DNA from: Haloferax volcanii DS2
Lineage (GTDB): Archaea; Halobacteriota; Halobacteria; Halobacteriales; Haloferacaceae
Assembly: GCF_000025685.1 (NCBI RefSeq)
Contig: NC_013966.1
Coordinates: 300,001-332,000 of the forward strand
Reading direction: 5' to 3'
DNA: 32,000 bases
The position numbers and the translations under genes were made by a program. The notes beneath the pieces were generated by a model. The model was not told the origin of the DNA and did no database searches. It saw nothing but the letters and a program-made list of their open reading frames with translations. Shown here piece by piece: positions 24,918-31,608 of the stretch (the first letter of the stretch is position 1; the number at the start of each line of letters is the position of its first letter).

Positions 24918-25835
24918 TTAGCACCAGTTCGTCCGGTCAGCACAGACCTCTTCAGCGACGGCTTCGCCGCATCCGGAGAGGGCGTCGGCCACGTCGCAGA
25001 TGATACCGACGAAGCCGACACAGGTCAGGCCGGCGATGGGGACCGCAATCCCGGTGAGCCCGCAGATGAACGCGCCGGTCGCCGCGCAGCCGACGCTACA
25101 AGTGAGGCCGACGGCGAACCCACAGGCGTAACAGCCGTCGACATCGACGTCGTCGTCGAGGAGGTCCCACGCGAGGTTCGACAGGTCACTCCCCGTGGTG
25201 AACCCGTCGTAAATCTCGTCGATGACGGCGTTCGTGTCGACGTTGTTGACGGCCCGCCGAGTCGCATCGGCATCGAGGTCGAGTTCGGTAGACGCCAAGC
25301 CATCGGAGCTGTTTGCGGCGGACACCGTCTGTTCACCGGCCTCGGCGTCGAATCGCTCGATACGGGTGGTGAATCCGTCTTTCGTCTTGTGCGTGTAATC
25401 GAGAACGCTCAGAATGAGCGAATCCGACGTGGCGTCTTCGGCGAGCACGACGGCGGCTTCGGCGTCGTCGTTCGGGTGCTTGACCGGGTACTCGACGACG
25501 TACCGGTGAATCTTCTCGCCGTCCGGCGCGTCGTCGGCGGCGACCTCGACTTCGCCGACGGTGACCGACTCGCCGCGAGACACTGTCCCGTCACGGGAGT
25601 TCGCCTTCGCTTCGAGACGGTCGAACTCGTCGCTCTTCGCCAACCGAGTCGCCACTTTCGCCTCAGCTTCGCCGTCGAGAATGCTGATGTTCTCGGCAGC
25701 GACGGCGTTCCCGGCGGCGGCAGGGGACAACGCGAGCCCCGTCCCGACCGCGCCGGCGCGACGAACGAAACTGCGTCGGTTGAGTCCGCTCTCCTGTTCG
25801 TTACTGTCGTGTTCGTTGTCGTTAGCTCGGGTCAT
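24918..25835 (-). CDS. halC8: halocin C8-like archaeocin precursor (Tat signal + pro/immunity-like region + Cys-rich C-terminal peptide)
   Basis: Twin-arginine signal 'NRRSFVRRAGAVGTGLALSPAAAGNAVAAE', an acidic middle region of about 180 aa, and the C-terminal 'DVDVDGCYACGFAVGLTCSVGCAATGAFICGLTGIAVPIAGLTCVGFVGIICDVADALSGCGEAVAEEVCADRTNWC' with 10 Cys. I chose the start at ATG 25835; the upstream ATG at 25880 is also in frame. Confidence 0.85.
   Translation of the reverse strand: MTRANDNEHDSNEQESGLNRRSFVRRAGAVGTGLALSPAAAGNAVAAENISILDGEAEAKVATRLAKSDEFDRLEAKANSRDGTVSRGESVTVGEVEVAADDAPDGEKIHRYVVEYPVKHPNDDAEAAVVLAEDATSDSLILSVLDYTHKTKDGFTTRIERFDAEAGEQTVSAANSSDGLASTELDLDADATRRAVNNVDTNAVIDEIYDGFTTGSDLSNLAWDLLDDDVDVDGCYACGFAVGLTCSVGCAATGAFICGLTGIAVPIAGLTCVGFVGIICDVADALSGCGEAVAEEVCADRTNWC
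24921..25151 (-). other. predicted mature halocin peptide region (77 aa, 10 Cys, hydrophobic)
   Basis: This is the C-terminal segment of the precursor starting at 'DVDVDGC'. The boundary is inferred by analogy to the ~76-aa, 10-Cys halocin C8, and the exact cleavage site is not determinable from sequence. Confidence 0.55.
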
Positions 25836-25991
25836 CGTGTTACCCAATCGACACCATGGCGGGGACACACATTGCGTCATGGACCGTTAGAGAACCGCAC
25901 CGACTGCGGTCGCCGCGCACGAGGTGACGTAACGACACAGCAACTGCACGAATCCGTCACGCTCTGCGGAGACGGTGCAGTTCGGAAGTGG

Positions 25992-26015
25992 TGACTGTAA
26001 TCCGGATTTCAGTCA
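25992..26015. promoter_or_regulatory. 24-bp near-perfect palindrome (candidate operator) 7 nt upstream of the regulator start codon
   Basis: 'tgactgtaatccggatttcagtca' has 11 of 12 positions self-complementary, with the only mismatch at t25998/t26009. It overlaps the position where a TATA/BRE for a leaderless 26022 start would sit. Confidence 0.5.
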
Positions 26016-26021
26016 ACAGAA

Positions 26022-26849
26022 ATGTCAAGTAATGAAGGTCAAAAGTCGTCGGTGATGCCGTCTCCAACCACCGAAGAGATAATCGACCTCGTCACCCGCC
26101 GGTGGGACGTCTTAGAGTCGCTTTCGGATCGCGCATTATCCAAGCCGGAATTAGAGGCGACGCTCGGGGTCTCTCGTTCGACGGTGGACCGGGCAATCGG
26201 TGAACTCGAAGCGGCGTCGATGGTCGTCCGCGACCCGTCGAGCGGCTACCGGCTGACGGAGCTCGGTCGGCCGGTGTATCGGCTGTGCAAACGGACTCGA
26301 CGGTGTCTCGATGCCGTGACCGAAGCGCACTCCCACGGGTCGGCGGTTCCATCGGGCGCGAACGGCGAGCTACCGATGTACGACGGGGCGAGGCTCGTGT
26401 CCTCGGAGCCGCACGTTCCGGACAAGCCACTGCAACATCTCCTCGACACGATGCGCGAGGCGGAGTCGCTACGCGGCTACACCCCGGTCGTGTTACAACA
26501 GTACGTCGAGGTGTGCCACAAGCACGCCACGCGCCGAGAGGCCGATGTCGAACTCGTCGTGCCCCCGCAAGTCCATCAGTGCCTGCGGACGACGTATCCC
26601 GACGAGTACCGACGCGCGCGTCGGGCCTCGTGCGTCCGCCTCCACGAAACGTCGGCCTCGCTGCCGTTCGGACTGCTCCTGTTCGGTGAGGGGGCGGACC
26701 GGACGTGCGCGCTCGTGTCGTACTCGAAGGCCGGTGCGACGGGCGTGCTGTTCAACGATACGGCCTCGGCGATTGGTTGGGCGACGCAGACGTACCGCGA
26801 GCTCAAGGCCGATTCGACCCCGGTCGACCAGCCGAAAGCGACGCAGTAA
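26022..26849 (+). CDS. winged-helix transcriptional regulator with large C-terminal domain (haloarchaeal ArsR/MarR-like wHTH + effector domain)
   Basis: The N-terminal 'LSKPELEATLGVSRSTVDRAIGELEAASMVVRDPSSGYRLTELG' is a wHTH, followed by a C-terminal domain of about 170 aa. It is divergently transcribed from the halocin gene with a 186-bp gap. Confidence 0.8.
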   Translation: MSSNEGQKSSVMPSPTTEEIIDLVTRRWDVLESLSDRALSKPELEATLGVSRSTVDRAIGELEAASMVVRDPSSGYRLTELGRPVYRLCKRTRRCLDAVTEAHSHGSAVPSGANGELPMYDGARLVSSEPHVPDKPLQHLLDTMREAESLRGYTPVVLQQYVEVCHKHATRREADVELVVPPQVHQCLRTTYPDEYRRARRASCVRLHETSASLPFGLLLFGEGADRTCALVSYSKAGATGVLFNDTASAIGWATQTYRELKADSTPVDQPKATQ

Positions 26850-26857
26850 CCGTGCGC

Positions 26858-27058
26858 TCATCCGTCGAACTCCGGTGTAAACAGCTCTTCGACGGAACAA
26901 TCGAAATAGCGCGCGAGCTTGAACGCGAGTTCGAGCGACGGGTCGTACCGCGAGTGTTCGATGGCGTAGATGGTCTGTCGACTGACGCCGACCGCAGTCG
27001 CCAGTTCCTCTTGAGTGATGTGTTCTTCGGCCCGCTTCACTCGGATGTCGTTCTCCAT
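26858..27058 (-). CDS. XRE-family (HTH_3) small transcriptional regulator
   Basis: 66 aa. 'ITQEELATAVGVSRQTIYAIEHSRYDPSLELAFKLARYF' is a canonical Cro/C1-type HTH. Confidence 0.88.
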   Translation of the reverse strand: MENDIRVKRAEEHITQEELATAVGVSRQTIYAIEHSRYDPSLELAFKLARYFDCSVEELFTPEFDG

Positions 27059-27063
27059 CGGTG

Positions 27064-27459
27064 TCAGACGCGCTGTCGGAACTCGGTCGCGCCGAGGACG
27101 CAGAACATCGTCCCGAGACCTGCGACCGCGAGGAAGGTGACTGCGCTCGGGACCGGCCGGGTACTGAGGGCGTACGACGCGAACACGCCGACTAACGACG
27201 CGAGCATGACTCCGCCGGTCGTACTGAGCGCGCGGTCGATGTTGCGCACGTCGCGTTCGTCGACCACGCTGTCGGAGGACGACCCGCTTCGAACCGCGTA
27301 TCCGACGTTCGCGAAGACGGCGATGACCGCAGGAACGACCACTAACTCACCGACTGAGGGAGGGGGTTCCGCACCGAGAAAGGGAGAGACAACCGCCGAC
27401 AGGAGCGCCGGAACGACGAACAGCAGGAAACTGTACGTCGGTGGGAGCCACCGCGACAT
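27064..27459 (-). CDS. small integral membrane protein (4 predicted helices), operon partner of the XRE regulator
   Basis: ATG at 27459 lies 1 nt after the upstream TGA (27461-27463). Hydrophobic segments alternate with a short acidic loop. Its stop is 5 nt before the XRE start. Confidence 0.7.
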   Translation of the reverse strand: MSRWLPPTYSFLLFVVPALLSAVVSPFLGAEPPPSVGELVVVPAVIAVFANVGYAVRSGSSSDSVVDERDVRNIDRALSTTGGVMLASLVGVFASYALSTRPVPSAVTFLAVAGLGTMFCVLGATEFRQRV

Positions 27460-27460
27460 C

Positions 27461-27691
27461 TCACTGTCCCCCACTTCCGAACTCGCTCGACAGGATTCCG
27501 GGGAGGTCGGTCAGCCAACTAACGACCGCACAGACGATCATCACGCCGACAGCGGCCATATAGCCCCACACCGTAACCGTGTCGAGTACAAAGTCGATTG
27601 CGACGAATCCCGAGAGGATGACAGCGCCGCTGACCGCCGCCGCGACGACGACGAGCAGCGCACCGTAAGCGCGCATCGGACTGTTTACCAT
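27461..27691 (-). CDS. small integral membrane protein (2 predicted helices)
   Basis: 'MVNSPMRAYGALLVVVAAAVSGAVILSGFVAIDF...YMAAVGVMIVCAVVSWL'. The start at ATG 27691 is supported by a TATA-like element about 28 nt upstream. The ORF track extends to 27748. Confidence 0.6.
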   Translation of the reverse strand: MVNSPMRAYGALLVVVAAAVSGAVILSGFVAIDFVLDTVTVWGYMAAVGVMIVCAVVSWLTDLPGILSSEFGSGGQ

Positions 27692-27716
27692 ACGATAAAC
27701 GTGTATTTCCAACAAC

Positions 27717-27722
27717 ATAAAT
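27717..27722 (-). promoter_or_regulatory. TATA-box-like element for the small-membrane-protein/XRE operon
   Basis: Minus-strand 'atttat' (within 'ctttacatttatg') centred about 28 nt upstream of the ATG at 27691. Confidence 0.4.
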
Positions 27723-28145
27723 GTAAAGGCCGCTTTCCATAATGTCAAACGGACACGTCATCCATTCGATACCGATGGCGAGTACAGCGGCGATTCTCAC
27801 CGAGTTCGAAATCTCCGACAAACTATCCGATACGAATCTGGTGACTCGCTATACTGCGGTCGGGTTGGCTCTGGTTCGGCACGGTTGGTGTAGAACGACA
27901 TATTCCAATCGTTCTGGTTGGAACGACTCCCGAGAACGAGTCGGACAACAGGCGACCACCGCGCTCGCTGAAACGGTCGGTCTGGCCCGCAATCTGCGAA
28001 CTGCTCTTCCCCGCCGGAGCGCCGGTCGCCACGGCTCTCGCAGGTCGTTCGTCACTCGTACTTGGAGCCGCCTCGAATCAAACGACGGGGTATATCGCAC
28101 ACTCGACGGCTCGAACAACCGCTCGTCGAGACGTTCGCTATCAGT

Positions 28146-29093
28146 TCATTCGACAGCGTTCCTCGTCGCTCCCTCGTCGGAAGGCTGTGAATCCGCTGTC
28201 CCACCAGTCCAGTAGTCGGCTAGCGGACCGTCAACACCGGTGAGTTGAATCCACGCCTGCGAAGTAATTCCGAGAACGACGATCGAGATGATCGACGACT
28301 CCACCGAGAGTGCCGTCTGAGTGAGTAAGAAGGTCGGTGAACCGAACGTCGCATCCGGCATGACCTGTCCGAGAAGCAGACTGAACGCCATATTGATTCC
28401 GTAGGGAACGATGAGGGCTGCACCCAGTCGGAGGCGGTTCCCAGCGACGGTGCGCCAACTTTGGACGAACGCTGTCGTGACCGTCGCATCGCGAACGGCG
28501 ATTTCTTGCTCGACAAACGCAAACGTCAACAGGACGAACCCGACTGGCAGCAGACCCACCAGTATCGCTGGAACAACGAGGAGAGGTGTGTACCACGCAC
28601 CGACGAGCGTCGTCCGCAGTGATTCGGGAAGCACGGCGAAGACCCCGACCGTCCCGAGAGTGACGACGATCACGACGAGGAAGATCAGAACGAACATGGC
28701 CAGTACCCTGAGTAACGTGGCGATGAACAGTCGCAGCGTCGCCCAGCCAAGAGTTCGGAACACCAACTGTTCCGGGAGGTGATCGCGCCCGTCGTCGATG
28801 AGCGAACGAACCGCAACGATCTGTATCGGTACCGTCAGTACGCCGCCAGTGAGCCCGCCGAGGAGTGCGGCGCTCGCTGAGACCAGCGACGGGAGGGCCG
28901 TCCCGGGTGCCGGCGTCCCTGGTGGTGACGCCGCTCCGGCCATCCCGAGCGGGACGTACGTGGTCGCCAACACCCAGACAAACGCGCTTTGGAGAACAAC
29001 TGCAACGAAAAAGGTCGCCATGAGGAGGACGCCATTTCGCGTGAGAACGCGTCCGAGTCCGTCGGACACAGTCTGTCGAACGTGGAGGACCAT
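28146..29093 (-). CDS. polytopic membrane protein of unknown function (paralog A)
   Basis: About 315 aa with 6-7 hydrophobic helices. It shares an ungapped conserved block with the 30580..31347 product ('QEIAVRDATVTTAFVQSWRTVAGNRL' versus 'QAIVIDGASAIDSFKRSYRVVRGNLL'). ATG 29093 aligns with the paralog N-terminus; GTG 29129 is also possible. Confidence 0.75.
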   Translation of the reverse strand: MVLHVRQTVSDGLGRVLTRNGVLLMATFFVAVVLQSAFVWVLATTYVPLGMAGAASPPGTPAPGTALPSLVSASAALLGGLTGGVLTVPIQIVAVRSLIDDGRDHLPEQLVFRTLGWATLRLFIATLLRVLAMFVLIFLVVIVVTLGTVGVFAVLPESLRTTLVGAWYTPLLVVPAILVGLLPVGFVLLTFAFVEQEIAVRDATVTTAFVQSWRTVAGNRLRLGAALIVPYGINMAFSLLLGQVMPDATFGSPTFLLTQTALSVESSIISIVVLGITSQAWIQLTGVDGPLADYWTGGTADSQPSDEGATRNAVE

Positions 29094-29294
29094 ACACCCC
29101 GCTTCTCCGTGCCGTGAGTTCAAACCCACGGGTGCTTTTCTGGTTCGGAAAATATCGCGTTCGGGGGAAGGAGGCCCATTCCGGGGGCCTGACGAACGAC
29201 AGGAGGACCGAGACGGAGACCGGCACGTGGGACGATGGCAGCGAGACGCTAAAGTGGGGCCGTCGACTTTCTGGCCTGGAAAAAGAGTAGAGGG

Positions 29295-29302
29295 TATTAA
29301 TT
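29295..29302 (+). promoter_or_regulatory. TATA-box-like element upstream of the wHTH gene
   Basis: 'tattaatt' centred about 27 nt upstream of the GTG at 29325. This favours 29325 over the TTG at 29301, which overlaps the element itself. Confidence 0.4.
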
Positions 29303-29324
29303 GCTCCGCCCTGAAGTGTTCGAC

Positions 29325-29672
29325 GTGAGTGAGGAGCCCTCCGCCGAGGAAATCTTCGCGCTCCTCGATGACGAGTACGCGCGTGCGATCCTCGCTCAGA
29401 CGAGCATCGAACCGATGTCCGCCAAAACCTTGAGCGATCGATGTGATGCCTCCCTACCCACGATATACCGGCGCACGGAGCGACTCGTCGACTGTGACTT
29501 ACTCGCAGAACAGACCGAAATCGGTGAAAGCGGCCACCATTACAGCGTCTTCGAGGCGCGACTCGACAGTCTTACCGTCGAAGTGGACGAGGGAGACATC
29601 TCAGTGAGTCTCGACACGGGCCGGGCCGAAGACCCGGCCGACCGCTTCACCGACCTCTGGGAGGGAATCTGA
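29325..29672 (+). CDS. small winged-helix (ArsR-like) transcriptional regulator
   Basis: 'EEIFALLDDEYARAILAQTSIEPMSAKTLSDRCDASLPTIYRRTERLVDCDLLAEQ' is a typical haloarchaeal wHTH. Its stop is 1 nt before the next gene. Confidence 0.8.
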   Translation: MSEEPSAEEIFALLDDEYARAILAQTSIEPMSAKTLSDRCDASLPTIYRRTERLVDCDLLAEQTEIGESGHHYSVFEARLDSLTVEVDEGDISVSLDTGRAEDPADRFTDLWEGI

Positions 29673-29673
29673 G

Positions 29674-29997
29674 ATGGTTCAACCCAGCATGGACCTGTAC
29701 GTGAACTACCTCGTGTTGCTGGCGGTGACGCTACTGGCGTTGGTTCTCAGCCTTGCCATCGTTTTTCAAGCCTACCGCGGATACCGACGCAATCGAAGCC
29801 AGCCGATGCTGTGGCTCGCGGTTGGACTGGTCCTCCTCACGGCCGTGCCGTTCGTGATATCGTTGACGGTCGCATCGGCCGGAACCGCGCTCGGGTTCGA
29901 CCCGGTTGTGTACACGTACTACGTCCCCATACTGAACAGACTCATCGAAGTCGTCGGACTGGTCTGTATCCTCTATTCGCTTTATAGCCGACCCTGA
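29674..29997 (+). CDS. small 3-helix membrane protein, operon partner of the wHTH regulator
   Basis: 107 aa with three hydrophobic segments and a basic loop 'AYRGYRRNRSQP' after helix 1. The ATG is 1 nt after the upstream stop. Confidence 0.75.
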   Translation: MVQPSMDLYVNYLVLLAVTLLALVLSLAIVFQAYRGYRRNRSQPMLWLAVGLVLLTAVPFVISLTVASAGTALGFDPVVYTYYVPILNRLIEVVGLVCILYSLYSRP

Positions 29998-30239
29998 ACC
30001 ACTGCTATCGCTTCGAGTTCCGCTCGATAGTGCCGTCATCCCGGAACTGTGGCGTCGTTGTATCCATCGACAGGTGATAGCGCCCGGAGGTCGTCCGACA
30101 GACCGGAAACATCTCTCTTGAGGGAGTTGTCTCAGTTCTCCGATGAGAGGAGACAGCAGTCAGTAACGGGGGTTCGTCGTTCACGTCGACCGCTCGTTCG
30201 AAGCGACAATCCGCTGGAATCAGAAGGACGGGAGAGGAC

Positions 30240-30422
30240 TCACCTTGCTGTCGGGTCGTCGCTTGAACGCTCGTACGGCTCCGCAGTCGCGTCGTGCCGC
30301 CCTCGATAAGAGAGCCAGACGACCACGGTCAACGGAACGAACACAATCGCAACGGTAGCCGCCGGTAGAAAGGAAACGAAGGGAGCGAACACCGTCCATG
30401 AACTGATGGCGTCGCAGGACAC
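30240..30422 (-). CDS. possible small membrane protein (tentative)
   Basis: 60-codon ORF with a GTG start, a hydrophobic N-terminal two-thirds ('WTVFAPFVSFLPAATVAIVFVPLTVVVWL') followed by 'SYRGRHD', and an acidic tail. No family support. Confidence 0.3.
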   Translation of the reverse strand: MSCDAISSWTVFAPFVSFLPAATVAIVFVPLTVVVWLSYRGRHDATAEPYERSSDDPTAR

Positions 30423-30579
30423 GGACGAAGTGCGTTCGTCGCAATAGACAGTGGGCAGTTCGCGCGTTCGAGAGAAGAACCCCGTCGAAACCGATTCCGC
30501 TGGGAAGATTAGTAATCTGACCCACCGGACGGGGCAGAGTGTTTGCGGGCAAACGAACGACTGCGTACTGCGCCGTAGT

Positions 30580-31347
30580 TCACCCGGTCAGTTCGTCGTA
30601 GACGGCGACGGAGAACGTGAGCAGGAACGCCGACACGACACTACCGATGACCGCCGCGAGGAGACCCACGACGACGAGGAGAGGCGTCGAGAGCGTCGGC
30701 AGACCGGCCGCCGAGGCGGCGTCGGCGCTAGCCAAGAGCGAGACGCCGGCGTAGACACCACCGGAAAGCGCGCCGATGACCAGTGCGAGAAGCATGTACC
30801 CGACCGTCGCCAGAAGGTTCCCTCGGACCACGCGATAACTCCGCTTGAACGAGTCGATTGCGGACGCACCGTCGATGACGATAGCCTGGCCGTAGAACTG
30901 GACGAAGAACGCCACGACGAGATACAGGAGTCCCGCAATGGCCGCCAGACCGATAAACGCCGTCCCGATAGAGCCGTGCGTCAGGAACGCCCCGAAGCCG
31001 GCCGCGACACCGACCGCACCGATGACGCCGTTGACGACGAGCAAGAGGACGTAGGCGATCAGCAACGAGAGATAGTTGGCCTTCCCGTCGGCGACGAAAC
31101 GGGACAGCGAGCTACGGGTGGTCAGGGCCTCGTCGGCCATCCCGAACATGCCGCCCTGGATGAAGGGCGTCACGAGGAGGAAAACCGCGGAGATACCCAG
31201 CGAGTAGAGCGTCGAGACGAGCGGATACGACGACTGCAACAGCAGCTGGGGGACTAGCAGCGCGAACACGATCAGTTGTGGGACCAACAGACCCGGAGCA
31301 CGCTTGAGCGCACCCGGTGTCCGTCGGAGGGCTTGGAGGACTCCCAT
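30580..31347 (-). CDS. polytopic membrane protein of unknown function (paralog B)
   Basis: 255 aa with about 6 hydrophobic helices and the conserved block shared with 28146..29093. A TATA-like element lies about 26 nt upstream of the ATG at 31347. Confidence 0.8.
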   Translation of the reverse strand: MGVLQALRRTPGALKRAPGLLVPQLIVFALLVPQLLLQSSYPLVSTLYSLGISAVFLLVTPFIQGGMFGMADEALTTRSSLSRFVADGKANYLSLLIAYVLLLVVNGVIGAVGVAAGFGAFLTHGSIGTAFIGLAAIAGLLYLVVAFFVQFYGQAIVIDGASAIDSFKRSYRVVRGNLLATVGYMLLALVIGALSGGVYAGVSLLASADAASAAGLPTLSTPLLVVVGLLAAVIGSVVSAFLLTFSVAVYDELTG

Positions 31348-31370
31348 GGATGAGAAAACGAGGCCCGATG

Positions 31371-31376
31371 GTATAA
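31371..31376 (-). promoter_or_regulatory. TATA-box-like element upstream of paralog B
   Basis: Minus-strand 'ttatac' centred about 26 nt upstream of the ATG at 31347. Confidence 0.4.
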
Positions 31377-31608
31377 CCGCCGACGCTGGTTTTCTGACTC
31401 GGAAAATAAGTCACAGTGCCGTTGTTTCGAGAGCCGGAGAACGCCACCGACCAAGAAGGTGAACGGTCTCGACGTGAATTCCGTCAATGAGACGGCTCAT
31501 TGGAGAGGTCACTCTCGGGGACGTTCCCGACCCCGCATCGGCGTCCGTGAGCATTCGCTATCGCCTACTGAGTAAGAGATACACTGGCCGTGAATCGTTC
31601 AGCTCGTT

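Noticed and set aside
27742-28215. 157-codon plus-strand ORF in the gap between membrane paralog A and the XRE operon.
   Set aside because: The product is strongly basic and Arg/Ser-rich, it runs into the 3' end of the convergent membrane protein gene, and it has no recognisable domain.
30049-30552. ORFs 30049..30309 (+) and 30220..30552 (-).
   Set aside because: Both are basic and Arg-rich, overlap each other and lack motifs. Only the nested 60-aa hydrophobic ORF was kept, as tentative.
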